From the IMG/VR virus record IMGVR_UViG_3300012943_000031, positions 42,837 to 106,836 of that record: DNA of 64,000 nt; one strand, given 5' to 3'. The notes under the pieces are model-generated. The model searched no databases and was not told where the DNA came from. It saw nothing but the letters and a program-made list of their open reading frames with translations. Position 1 is the stretch's first letter, and each line of letters begins with the position of its first letter. This document shows positions 1 through 7,796 of this stretch, one piece after another. The stretch comes from a virus. Made by a program: the position numbers and the translations under genes.

Positions 1-1049
1 GCTTAACTAACCCTGATGCTACATTCGTAGGACAGGATGGTTCACTAGCTATTGTGAAACTGAAATTTGAAGAAGGTACAGTATTAGACCCAGTAATTGG
101 TACTGACACAATAGAATTCTCTCACACTGAACAAGCTGTGTGTGTATTCGAAACTCCAGCATCTATTGCATGGACTAGTTGTGGTACAGGTATTTCTTCA
201 TCTCGTACACTGAGATTAAAGAACATCAACCGTCCTGATTGTGATCCTGATGCTGATAGAATTGATGACATTGCTGCTACATTAGCAGGTGTTAAAGGTA
301 TTGACATTGAATCACTTACTCTTGTAGAAGGTGATGCATGTATGGATGACTATACTGTAGAACAAAATTCACTAGATTGCCTAGATGAAGGATGTTTAAC
401 ATCTAATGTAACATTCACTTACGACAAATTACCAGCATTTGAAAACAGTGCATGGGAAGTTGTTCCTGAGGATGTTGAGGAAGATGAAACAAGAAAATGT
501 GGTATTCGTGTAACTGCTGGTTATGTTGACCCACGTTTCGGTGATTGTTCATTCAATCCTATGGACTACTACAACGTAGAACCAGTGAAAATGGAAATCT
601 CATTACTTGGTGAAGACTGGGATAGATGTGATTTTGCAGATGCTCCAACTGTAGCACAGTCTCAAATTGGGCAGATTTCAAGACAATCTGGTGAATATGT
701 GATAAGAGAAGTTATCATGAAAACTGAAGCTTACCTGAAACACATTGACCAATTCTCTCCTGAACCTCGTATGAGAGAAGCATTTGACATGAATTTACTG
801 AATATGGTTGACAGAAAAGCCTTCTACAAACTATACTACGTTAGATTCAAATCATCTTATGGTAACTTCCAGTTCCGTAAGAACGAACAAGAGAAATTCA
901 CTGCTGTATTTGCCTTCAAAGAAGGAGATGCTAGTGCTCAATTGTTCGAGTCTCAAATACTAGATGTACTGACACTGAAATCAGGTGTTCTTCTTGAAGT
1001 AGAAGAAGCCAATGTAGGTGGAACATCAGGTATGCAAGGAATAGGTTAA
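1..1049 (+). CDS. Virion structural protein, 5'-truncated (probable auxiliary capsid protein of crAss-like head module)
   Basis: Frame is open from the window start (LTNPDATFVGQDGS...), so the 54 start is artificial; followed by a strong terminator; position upstream of the structural module. Confidence 0.5.
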   Translation, partial: LTNPDATFVGQDGSLAIVKLKFEEGTVLDPVIGTDTIEFSHTEQAVCVFETPASIAWTSCGTGISSSRTLRLKNINRPDCDPDADRIDDIAATLAGVKGIDIESLTLVEGDACMDDYTVEQNSLDCLDEGCLTSNVTFTYDKLPAFENSAWEVVPEDVEEDETRKCGIRVTAGYVDPRFGDCSFNPMDYYNVEPVKMEISLLGEDWDRCDFADAPTVAQSQIGQISRQSGEYVIREVIMKTEAYLKHIDQFSPEPRMREAFDMNLLNMVDRKAFYKLYYVRFKSSYGNFQFRKNEQEKFTAVFAFKEGDASAQLFESQILDVLTLKSGVLLEVEEANVGGTSGMQGIG

Positions 1050-1070
1050 TCCTAAATATTAAAAATAAGA

Positions 1071-1112
1071 AAAAGCTGGTAGGCAGATATTGTCTGCCAG
1101 CTTTTTGTTTTT
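1071..1112 (+). terminator. Intrinsic terminator
   Basis: AAAAGCTGGTAGGC-AGATATT-GTCTGCCAGCTTTT followed by T tract. Confidence 0.85.
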
Positions 1113-1161
1113 AACGTATACAATTATTTTAATTTATCACATTTTTTAACTATCTTATACT

Positions 1162-1707
1162 GTGGCTAAACATGACTTATCATTAGAAGTATCTGATTCT
1201 TGCAACCCAAAGGTTCTAAGAATATATGACACTTCACGTTATACTGAGGAAACAGTAGAAAACTATCTTGTAGAGGTACTACCTCCACAGAAATCTGCTT
1301 TTGTACCATTCTATGTACAGAAGGGATTTAGTATTGCTACCAACTCCTCTTCCCTAAAGTATAGAATTGTAAATGATGTGGATGAACTACGTAATCTGCC
1401 AGATGGCATATATGAGATAAAACAGTCATACAAACCTAATCTCCAGACAATTGTAATCTTTTACCACCTACGTACAGTAGAGTTACGTCTTAAGATTAAA
1501 GCTGAATGGAACAAACTTCTTAAGGACGAATGTAAACTTTCTCGTGAAGAGTTCTTTAAAAACAGGGACAAACTAAGAGAAATTGATGAATATGCAGCAG
1601 CAGCTAAATATTCCGTTGAAGAGTGTCATGATAAGAAGAATGGTAAGGAAATGTATGAGTGGGCTTTAAAACTATTAGAACAATATAGCAATGAGTGCAA
1701 GTGTTAA
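1162..1707 (+). CDS. Putative virion structural protein
   Basis: 181-aa ORF in structural cluster, phage-like codon usage. Confidence 0.5.
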   Translation: MAKHDLSLEVSDSCNPKVLRIYDTSRYTEETVENYLVEVLPPQKSAFVPFYVQKGFSIATNSSSLKYRIVNDVDELRNLPDGIYEIKQSYKPNLQTIVIFYHLRTVELRLKIKAEWNKLLKDECKLSREEFFKNRDKLREIDEYAAAAKYSVEECHDKKNGKEMYEWALKLLEQYSNECKC

Positions 1708-1870
1708 ATGTAAGTTTGCCGATCTTAAGTATGAACAACTTCTGAGTGAGAAGTATTTCGTAGAAACCTGCTTTTCTAAAAAATATGAGTCTTATACATC
1801 TAAACAGAAACTGAGAGATTGGTACATGCAGATAAAGATGGATGGATGTGTAAAACCCCCCAATTGTTAA
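1691..1870 (+). CDS. Small hypothetical protein (59 aa, MSASVKCKFAD...KPPNC), not in ORF track
   Basis: Fills the gap between flanking genes, overlapping the upstream stop and ending just before the next ATG. Confidence 0.6.
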   Translation: MSASVKCKFADLKYEQLLSEKYFVETCFSKKYESYTSKQKLRDWYMQIKMDGCVKPPNC

Positions 1871-1873
1871 TAA

Positions 1874-3142
1874 ATGAAAAAAGTACAACACTGTGAGACT
1901 GAAAACTGTATCCCTACTCTAACATCATGTGTAGAGTGGAATGGAGGCTCTATTGAGTTTCTTGGGATATGCAACGGTGACTCACTAAACAATTTGGTTT
2001 GGGAGATTATTACCAAATTACAGGATATTGCAGGTGATGATTTATCCCAATTTGATATTGATACACTATTGGATATTTGTAATCAACAAGCTCCAACAGA
2101 GGTAACAATCATTTCCATTCTTAACTTAATAAAGAATAATCAGGTTTGTTTAAAGGATTACATTGATACTCTCAATGAAAAATTAAACGAACTATTTAAT
2201 AATACTGGAGTAACAGTTAACTTAAAATGTTACTCACAATTTGACAATCTGGGTAACGCACTCTCTATAACTAGGGATCAGTTAGACCAGCTTGTAATAG
2301 ACAACTTATGTAATCATAAACTACGTATAGAAACCCTTGAGGGTAAGGTAGTTAGCTTACAAAGTCAAATAGACAATATCAATAGTAATGTTACAGTTGA
2401 TGAATTGTCATTCGGAACTTGTGTTAATCCAGCTTCATTACCTACATCTACACAGGTCATCAATCTAGCAAATGCTCATTGTGATCTTGAAGATGCTACA
2501 GGTGATAGTAGTGACATTGCTTCAGCATTAGGTAATACACCTACTGATCTGAATGCAGAGTTTGGGTTGATAACAGGTTGGATATTAGCTCCCCAGAACT
2601 GGGCAGATAATTATAATAACTTACTACTTGAGGTAGAAAACTTACGTCAACGTATTATCTTCATGGAAGAAAACTGTTGTGCATCTACTTGTGATGATGT
2701 TGGAATTGGATTCAGCGTTGTTTACAATGAGGATGGTGATGGTATTATCTTACGTTTCACATCTGGTGCAGGTACATCAATTCCTACTGGATTTGAAGAT
2801 TTAGGTTCTACTGGTATTGTAACAGACATCAATGGTGATACAGTTGAGTTCAACTTAGCTATTGAGAATAATGCTGAAGTAGAGGTAATTGTTAGCTCAC
2901 TTGATTTAACAGGTGATCTGAATGTAAGTGTAACAGGTAGAATTGGAACAGAAGCTCTGACATGTGAGAAATGTTTCGGTAGAGTAATCAAATCTAACAG
3001 TCGTTGTGCATTATGTACAATCACTAATAATGGTGATACTGACATAGTATTAATTTACGATGATGCTAATAGATTGATTGTCAATCCAATAATACCGACA
3101 ACTACTACATCAACAACTACAACTACTACAACAGGAGTTTAA
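1874..3142 (+). CDS. Cys-rich putative virion/fibre protein with coiled coil and C-terminal poly-Thr tail
   Basis: Cys-rich N-terminus (SCVEWNG...LGICNGDSL), heptad segments, PTTTTSTTTTTTTGV end. Confidence 0.55.
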   Translation: MKKVQHCETENCIPTLTSCVEWNGGSIEFLGICNGDSLNNLVWEIITKLQDIAGDDLSQFDIDTLLDICNQQAPTEVTIISILNLIKNNQVCLKDYIDTLNEKLNELFNNTGVTVNLKCYSQFDNLGNALSITRDQLDQLVIDNLCNHKLRIETLEGKVVSLQSQIDNINSNVTVDELSFGTCVNPASLPTSTQVINLANAHCDLEDATGDSSDIASALGNTPTDLNAEFGLITGWILAPQNWADNYNNLLLEVENLRQRIIFMEENCCASTCDDVGIGFSVVYNEDGDGIILRFTSGAGTSIPTGFEDLGSTGIVTDINGDTVEFNLAIENNAEVEVIVSSLDLTGDLNVSVTGRIGTEALTCEKCFGRVIKSNSRCALCTITNNGDTDIVLIYDDANRLIVNPIIPTTTTSTTTTTTTGV

Positions 3143-3152
3143 AACTAATAAA

Positions 3153-3707
3153 ATGGCAACAGTAAATTACGATGGTATAAATACTATAGTGTTAAGACCG
3201 GGAGAGAGTGTATCAATCCCGGCTAACATTAAGATTACTGGTATAATTGGTAGTAATTTTACTACAGATTGTAGTAATCTACCTGATCCAGAACAGTATC
3301 AATGTTACTATATGGGTTGGGGTTATTCAGCTACATCAGGAGATGATGCTGCATTAGAAAATGATGCAGGTGTAACACTAGACTGGATTTCCGTAGGTGG
3401 TACACAATACAATATCAACCAATCTATTACAACAGATGCAGCTACTGTAAAAGGTTACATAGAAGCAGGGGTTCCACAAGCACTATTTAAAGTGTACTCT
3501 ATGGCTAAAGATATATTTAGCAGAAGAGAGGAGTTTTTAGTTAAATTTAAAACAACTGCTACACTTGTACCTACTATCAGAATGCATATCACAGGTCTAT
3601 CATTCCCTGATGGTTTAATCCTAGTTCCTATTCAGGACAGTGATTGTAACTGTTTCTCAGGACATGATGAAAATATCTGTGATCCTACTGAAGATGGTGA
3701 CGAATAA
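3153..3707 (+). CDS. Putative virion protein
   Basis: 184-aa beta-rich ORF in structural operon. Confidence 0.45.
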   Translation: MATVNYDGINTIVLRPGESVSIPANIKITGIIGSNFTTDCSNLPDPEQYQCYYMGWGYSATSGDDAALENDAGVTLDWISVGGTQYNINQSITTDAATVKGYIEAGVPQALFKVYSMAKDIFSRREEFLVKFKTTATLVPTIRMHITGLSFPDGLILVPIQDSDCNCFSGHDENICDPTEDGDE

Positions 3708-3732
3708 TTAATAACTAATAAAAATACTTACA

Positions 3733-4839
3733 ATGGCTTGTAACGAACAAAATCCATGCAATCAAGACCCATGCCCAGATTTATATGACAACTGTGGCTG
3801 TGTTAATCCAAATACGTTTGGATGTACTACCTATACAGGGACATCATTAGAATGTCTTGATATAGACAATGGTACAAATGGGGATGATGTATTGGGTAAA
3901 ATTGAAGAGGCTGTATGTGACCTTCAGGAGAACAAAGGTAAAGTTCTTATTGATGGCACAGATACATGTCCTGAATACCTATTTGATAAACTAGAAGAAG
4001 GTACTAATATCTCTTTCAATATCACTGGAACAGGATGTGATAGAAAATTAGTTATTAATGCAGTAGAAGGTGGTGAACCAGTAGATGTTAATGTAAAAAT
4101 TACATCTAATGACACAACTTCTGGATACCTTGACCAAAAGATTCAGACAGGTACATACTTAACTAAATCTGTAGTTTCTCCTACAGCTAATGAAAAACTA
4201 AGATTAGACGTAAATGTAGCATCTTTAGTATCTGGAGATTCAGGTAACCAATTAACAATTGGAGGTGATGGTGGTCTTAAGACTTTATATACTGCACCTG
4301 ATGGAAGTGAAACTAAGGTTATGCAGGGTACAGGAACTACTGTAACAGGTACTGGTACTGTAAGTGATCCTTACATAGTATCTACTAACCCGACTATCCA
4401 AGTAGCACGTCCATGTTTTGATGGAGTATGGAGAAACATAACATTGGCCCTAACAGGTAATGTGAATGTTGTTTATGCATCAGGAACACCTCAGTTCAGG
4501 TATCGTTTTGATGGTACTATTGAGTTTAGAGGTTCAATTACCTACACAGTTGATTTCGGAGCATACACTACTGCTAACAGAAAATACACCATCCCTATGG
4601 GAAGTATTGCTGTAACATGTGTAACTGCTGGTGAATTAATTGGCACAAAAGACTTAAAAGGAATAAATTATATAGATGTACCACAGGCTGGTGCTGACCA
4701 ATATACACAAATGTATGGATACATACTACGTATGTCAGCACAGAACTTAACTTTAGAGTTCCAGTCTTCGTTTATTAACAGTACATCAAAATCTATAGTG
4801 GTTAATTTGGAAGGAGCAGTAGTTCATCCAAATATATAA
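3733..4839 (+). CDS. Putative tail fibre/virion protein
   Basis: Cys-rich N-terminus similar to 1874 protein, Gly/Thr-rich repeats (GTGTTVTGTGT), FRYRFDGTIEFRG fibre-tip-like end. Confidence 0.55.
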   Translation: MACNEQNPCNQDPCPDLYDNCGCVNPNTFGCTTYTGTSLECLDIDNGTNGDDVLGKIEEAVCDLQENKGKVLIDGTDTCPEYLFDKLEEGTNISFNITGTGCDRKLVINAVEGGEPVDVNVKITSNDTTSGYLDQKIQTGTYLTKSVVSPTANEKLRLDVNVASLVSGDSGNQLTIGGDGGLKTLYTAPDGSETKVMQGTGTTVTGTGTVSDPYIVSTNPTIQVARPCFDGVWRNITLALTGNVNVVYASGTPQFRYRFDGTIEFRGSITYTVDFGAYTTANRKYTIPMGSIAVTCVTAGELIGTKDLKGINYIDVPQAGADQYTQMYGYILRMSAQNLTLEFQSSFINSTSKSIVVNLEGAVVHPNI

Positions 4840-4885
4840 TAACTATTGAAAACCTCGGTTGTTGGTTCTCCGAGAACAGTTTATA

Positions 4886-4910
4886 GGGCCATCTCTATGG
4901 CCCTTTTTAT
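4886..4910 (+). terminator. Intrinsic terminator
   Basis: AGGGCCAT-CTCT-ATGGCCCT-TTTT. Confidence 0.85.
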
Positions 4911-4911
4911 C

Positions 4912-4926
4912 TGGCACAATTTTTGA
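4912..4926 (+). promoter_or_regulatory. Candidate sigma54-type promoter (-24/-12)
   Basis: TGGCAC-N5-TTGA; a second copy lies at 10960. Confidence 0.4.
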
Positions 4927-4946
4927 ACATTATAAATATAAAAGCT

Positions 4947-4994
4947 ATGACAATCTTAAAAGGTGGAGGATGTGGATGTGGTGGAAAAAAATAA
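4947..4994 (+). CDS. Candidate micropeptide MTILKGGGCGCGGKK
   Basis: A-rich upstream context, downstream of candidate sigma54 promoter. Confidence 0.35.
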   Translation: MTILKGGGCGCGGKK

Positions 4995-5016
4995 TTTCCC
5001 ATTTTCACAAAATAAA

Positions 5017-5048
5017 TTTGGAATTTGCCAAATTACTTCGTATATTTG
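5017..5048 (+). promoter_or_regulatory. Bacteroidota housekeeping promoter of tRNA operon 1
   Basis: TTTG(5017)-N20-TATATTTG(5041). Confidence 0.85.
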
Positions 5049-5052
5049 CATT

Positions 5053-5142
5053 ATGAATTTACATCGTACACATACATGGTTTACTACTTGTCCCCAATGT
5101 CCATTTGGAGGAGAAGGGTGTTGTATGTGTGAAAATAAATAA
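5053..5142 (+). CDS. Leader peptide 1 (MNLHRTHTWFTTCPQCPFGGEGCCMCENK)
   Basis: ATG 4 nt after the -7 box; codons 4-18 use only H,R,T,W,F,C,P,Q, the tRNA set downstream; overlaps antiterminator arm. Confidence 0.85.
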   Translation: MNLHRTHTWFTTCPQCPFGGEGCCMCENK

Positions 5143-5162
5143 GTTTTTTCTTATTCATACTT

Positions 5163-5209
5163 AAAAACCCTTCAGTAATCCAATCACAACTGAAGGGTTT
5201 TTTCTTTTT
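5163..5209 (+). terminator. Attenuator terminator 1
   Basis: AAAAACCCTTCAGT/ACTGAAGGGTTTTT stem + T tract, 2 nt before tRNA-Pro; 5' arm alternatively pairs with GAAGGGT(5113) in the leader. Confidence 0.85.
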
Positions 5210-5211
5210 AT

Positions 5212-5287
5212 CGGGTAGTGGGAGAATGGTTAGTCCACTATGTTTGGGGCATAGAAAATGTCAGTTCGAGTCTGATCTACCCGACCA
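5212..5287 (+). tRNA. tRNA-Pro(TGG)
   Basis: CGGGTAG/CTACCCG acceptor, CTATG-TTTGGGG-CATAG anticodon arm, CCA. Confidence 0.93.
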
Positions 5288-5293
5288 AATAAT

Positions 5294-5369
5294 GCCAGTG
5301 TAGCACAACAGGTAGTGCAGTACTCTTGTAAAGTAAAGGTTGCAAGTTCGATTCTTGTCACTGGCTCCA
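5294..5369 (+). tRNA. tRNA-Thr(TGT)
   Basis: GCCAGTG/CACTGGC, loop CTTGTAA, CCA. Confidence 0.93.
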
Positions 5370-5377
5370 AATTATAT

Positions 5378-5451
5378 GGCCGTATAGCCAAGTGGTAAGG
5401 CACATGTCTGCAAAACTTTGATCCCCAGTTCGAATCTGGGTACGGCTTCCA
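5378..5451 (+). tRNA. tRNA-Cys(GCA)
   Basis: GGCCGTA/TACGGCT, loop CTGCAAA, U73, CCA. Confidence 0.92.
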
Positions 5452-5454
5452 TAT

Positions 5455-5529
5455 GGTGCACTAACTCAATGGTAGAGTTCCTCCCTGAAAAGGAGGGTGT
5501 TCCCAGTTCAAGTCTGGGGTGTACCACCA
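5455..5529 (+). tRNA. tRNA-Phe(GAA)
   Basis: CCTCC-CTGAAAA-GGAGG, CCA. Confidence 0.93.
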
Positions 5530-5532
5530 CAT

Positions 5533-5603
5533 ACGGGTATGGTGAAATGGTATCATAACAGTCTCCAAAACTGCTGTTCAGGGTTCGAATCCTTGTACCC
5601 GTG
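5533..5603 (+). tRNA. tRNA-Trp(CCA)
   Basis: ACGGGTA/TACCCGT, loop CTCCAAA, G73, no encoded CCA end. Confidence 0.92.
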
Positions 5604-5655
5604 CTTTTTCTTATTCCCACATTTCCCTGAGAAATCAAACTTGTGGGTTTCGTAT

Positions 5656-5729
5656 TGTCTCATGGTGTAATGGCAACATAAGAAGCTTTGACCTTCTTGT
5701 TTCAGGTTCGAGCCCTGATGGGACATCCA
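5656..5729 (+). tRNA. tRNA-Gln(TTG)
   Basis: AGAAG-CTTTGAC-CTTCT, U1-A72, CCA. Confidence 0.92.
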
Positions 5730-5734
5730 AATAT

Positions 5735-5805
5735 TACCTTATAGTGTAATGGTAACACACCACTCTCTGAAAGTGTTGTTTAAGGTTCGAGTCCTTATAA
5801 GGTAA
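5735..5805 (+). tRNA. tRNA-Gln(CTG)
   Basis: TACCTTA/TAAGGTA, loop CTCTGAA. Confidence 0.9.
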
Positions 5806-5807
5806 CT

Positions 5808-5881
5808 GTGACTATAGCTTAATGGTTTAGAGCCCTTGGTTGTGACCCAAGGTAGTGTCAGTTCGAATCTGATTAGTCACC
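5808..5881 (+). tRNA. tRNA-His(GTG)
   Basis: GTGACTA/TAGTCAC, CTTGG-TTGTGAC-CCAAG, C73. Confidence 0.92.
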
Positions 5882-5886
5882 TAAAT

Positions 5887-5957
5887 GCCCTATTAGTATA
5901 ATGGAAGTATCTGAGAATACGAATCTCAGGGTAGGAGTTCAAATCTTCTATAGGGTT
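5887..5957 (+). tRNA. tRNA-Arg(ACG)
   Basis: GCCCTAT/ATAGGGT, TGAGA-ATACGAA-TCTCA. Confidence 0.88.
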
Positions 5958-5990
5958 CTGGTACACTTCTTGCTATATGAAAGTATGGTA

Positions 5991-6161
5991 ATGAAAGGTA
6001 AAAATAAACTAGAAAGAATGGAATTACGTGCTGCTAAAAGATTTAACAGACGTTCTAAGAAAATAAAATTCCATCTTACTAATGATTGGAGTTGGACATT
6101 TCCTATCCCTAAAGAGGGAATTCCAAAAATAGTTGAAGAAATATTTGGAAACGGCAAATAA
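5991..6161 (+). CDS. Small basic hypothetical protein (MKGKNKLERMEL...)
   Basis: 3' part of the 5901 ORF lying outside tRNA-Arg. Confidence 0.45.
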   Translation: MKGKNKLERMELRAAKRFNRRSKKIKFHLTNDWSWTFPIPKEGIPKIVEEIFGNGK

Positions 6162-6175
6162 ATGTCGTATCTTTG
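6144..6175 (+). promoter_or_regulatory. Bacteroidota promoter of tRNA operon 2
   Basis: TTTG(6144)-N20-TATCTTTG(6168). Confidence 0.85.
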
Positions 6176-6202
6176 TATTATAAAATTTAAAAGCAGCAAA
6201 TA

Positions 6203-6277
6203 ATGTACTTAATAAATATGATAGTGGATAGAATTAATGGGGCAGAGAAATCTGGCTCTGGACTTCTATTGTCATAA
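6203..6277 (+). CDS. Leader peptide 2 (MYLINMIVDRINGAEKSGSGLLLS)
   Basis: Codons 4-16 use only I,N,M,V,D,R,G,A,E,K, the tRNA set downstream; 3' end is the antiterminator arm. Confidence 0.85.
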   Translation: MYLINMIVDRINGAEKSGSGLLLS

Positions 6278-6302
6278 TCATAGTACTGATTACCAATATT
6301 TT

Positions 6303-6341
6303 AGAAGCCCAGAGCCTACGAAAGTTAGCTCTGGGTTTTTT
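6303..6341 (+). terminator. Attenuator terminator 2
   Basis: AGCCCAGAGC/GCTCTGGGTT + T tract 3 nt before tRNA-Lys; 6302-6316 is complementary (14/15) to 6254-6268. Confidence 0.88.
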
Positions 6342-6344
6342 AAT

Positions 6345-6417
6345 GCCCTTGTAGCAAACTGGTTGTAGGCAATAGTCTTTTAAACTATGGGGTCTGGTTC
6401 GATTCCAGACGGGGGTA
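6345..6417 (+). tRNA. tRNA-Lys(TTT)
   Basis: ATAGT-CTTTTAA-ACTAT, GTTCGATTC T arm. Confidence 0.9.
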
Positions 6418-6425
6418 CACAATAT

Positions 6426-6497
6426 GCAGGATTAATTCAATGGTAGAAATCCATCTTTACATGGTGGAAGCTGGGAGTTCGAGTCTCTCATCCTGTA
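6426..6497 (+). tRNA. tRNA-Val(TAC)
   Basis: GCAGGAT/ATCCTGT, CCATC-TTTACAT-GGTGG. Confidence 0.9.
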
Positions 6498-6503
6498 CAA
6501 TAA

Positions 6504-6575
6504 CTCTCTATAGCACAATGGAAGTGTAACTGCCTTCTAAGCAGTTTGGTATAGGTTCGAATCCTATTAGAGAGT
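6504..6575 (+). tRNA. tRNA-Arg(TCT)
   Basis: CTCTCTA/TAGAGAG, ACTGC-CTTCTAA-GCAGT. Confidence 0.92.
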
Positions 6576-6620
6576 CAGGTCAGTTTTCCAATTCTGCGTG
6601 GAGTACAAAATTGGATATAT

Positions 6621-6692
6621 TCCTCATTAGCTCAATGGTAGAGCGCAAAGCTGTTAACTTTGGAGATTTAGGTTCGAGTCCTAAGTGGGGAG
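6621..6692 (+). tRNA. tRNA-Asn(GTT)
   Basis: CAAAG-CTGTTAA-CTTTG, G73. Confidence 0.93.
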
Positions 6693-6702
6693 CATAATTA
6701 CA

Positions 6703-6777
6703 TGTAGGGTGGACTGGAGATGGTTCCAGCTTGGTCTCATAAGCCAAATGACAGGGGTTCGAATCCCTTCCCTGCAT
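6703..6777 (+). tRNA. tRNA-Met(CAT), possibly initiator type
   Basis: TTGGT-CTCATAA-GCCAA, TGTAGGG/CCCTGCA. Confidence 0.85.
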
Positions 6778-6783
6778 CTATAC

Positions 6784-6934
6784 TGTAAGGTGGTGAAATA
6801 GGCAGACACATCCACTTGTCTCGTGGACACAGATAAAGAAATAGATTAGGTATAATGGGGTTGACCACTAATGTTTAACTTATTGTGTATCTAATTGAAT
6901 CTCTGTATGAGTGGTTCAAATCCCTCCCTTACAG
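6784..6934 (+). ncRNA. tRNA-like RNA with ~80-nt variable arm (loop TTGTCTC)
   Basis: TGTAAGG/CCTTACA acceptor, Leu/Ser-type D arm GTGAAATAGGCAGACAC, TCCAC/GTGGA stem, long hairpin insert, GGTTCAAATCC T arm. Confidence 0.75.
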
Positions 6935-6940
6935 CAACAT

Positions 6941-7014
6941 TGCACATTAGCCAAGAGGTCTAAGGCATCACTCTCATAAGGTGACATTCATGAGTTCGAA
7001 TCTCATATGTGCAA
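6941..7014 (+). tRNA. tRNA-Met(CAT) elongator (Ile2 not excluded)
   Basis: TGCACAT/ATGTGCA, TCACT-CTCATAA-GGTGA. Confidence 0.85.
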
Positions 7015-7043
7015 CATTTGATAATTTTCCTTATATTTGTAAA

Positions 7044-7511
7044 ATGGAAAAGTATTTCAGAACAGAGCAAGGAGAAAGAGTAAATATAGTTGAACACACT
7101 TTGGAACAAATCCAGAAGTGGCCCAACCTAGAGATTTACATAGCAACAGACTCTCAAGACCAAGGTGGAAAGAGTAGATATGCTACAGTAATTGTCTACA
7201 GATATGGGAAAAGAGGTGCTCACTATATATACTTTAGAGAAGACGTACCACGTTGTAAGGACATGTATACTCGTCTATATGATGAGGCTGTTCGTACAAT
7301 TGATACAGCACAGTTAATAGACAGTGAGATACCTGTTAAGTTTGCCGGGTTAGAGTTTGACTACAATAACCTACCAAGACATAACAGTAACAAATTACTC
7401 TCTTCTGTAAGAGGATGGGTAACAGGATTAAATTACAATGCTGTCTTCAAAGGTGATGAATTAGTAGCTGCAAAAGCTGCTGACCATGTTTGTAGACACA
7501 AGAATATATAA
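7044..7511 (+). CDS. RNase H-like YkuK/DUF458 family protein
   Basis: IYIATDSQ, RLYDEAVRT, AAKAADH motifs; start moved to 7044 (after TATATTTG box, outside tRNA). Confidence 0.8.
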   Translation: MEKYFRTEQGERVNIVEHTLEQIQKWPNLEIYIATDSQDQGGKSRYATVIVYRYGKRGAHYIYFREDVPRCKDMYTRLYDEAVRTIDTAQLIDSEIPVKFAGLEFDYNNLPRHNSNKLLSSVRGWVTGLNYNAVFKGDELVAAKAADHVCRHKNI

Positions 7512-7546
7512 GAGATGGATTGCAGCACTCTTTAAAATGCTGATTT

Positions 7547-7620
7547 GCAGAGGTAGTTAAATGGTATAATGCCTTCCTTCCAAGTAGGATTTGGGAGTTC
7601 GATTCTCCTCCTCTGCTCCA
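7547..7620 (+). tRNA. tRNA-Gly(TCC)
   Basis: GCAGAGG/CCTCTGC, loop CTTCCAA, U73, CCA. Confidence 0.92.
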
Positions 7621-7621
7621 T

Positions 7622-7693
7622 GCATTAGTAGCTCAATGGTAGAGTACTACCTTGCCAAGGTAGGAGTTGACAGTTCGAATCTGTTCTAGTGCT
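7622..7693 (+). tRNA. tRNA-Gly(GCC)
   Basis: CTACC-TTGCCAA-GGTAG, U73. Confidence 0.92.
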
Positions 7694-7699
7694 CAATAA

Positions 7700-7773
7700 C
7701 ATGCTGTCATCTAATGGCTTAGGATAACGGACTTTCAATTCGTTCATGTCGGGTTCAATTCCCACCAGCATGA
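7700..7773 (+). tRNA. tRNA-Glu(TTC)
   Basis: CATGCTG/CAGCATG, ACGGA-CTTTCAA-TTCGT, bulged T stem. Confidence 0.88.
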
Positions 7774-7796
7774 CTAACAACTAAAGTCGAAGGACA

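Noticed and set aside
4859-5056. 65-aa ORF starting at TTG
   Set aside because: Runs through a terminator and two promoter motifs
7512-7545. Possible Y RNA-like or tRNA remnant (GGATTGCAGCA...TGCTG)
   Set aside because: Only a short hairpin; no T arm or second copy
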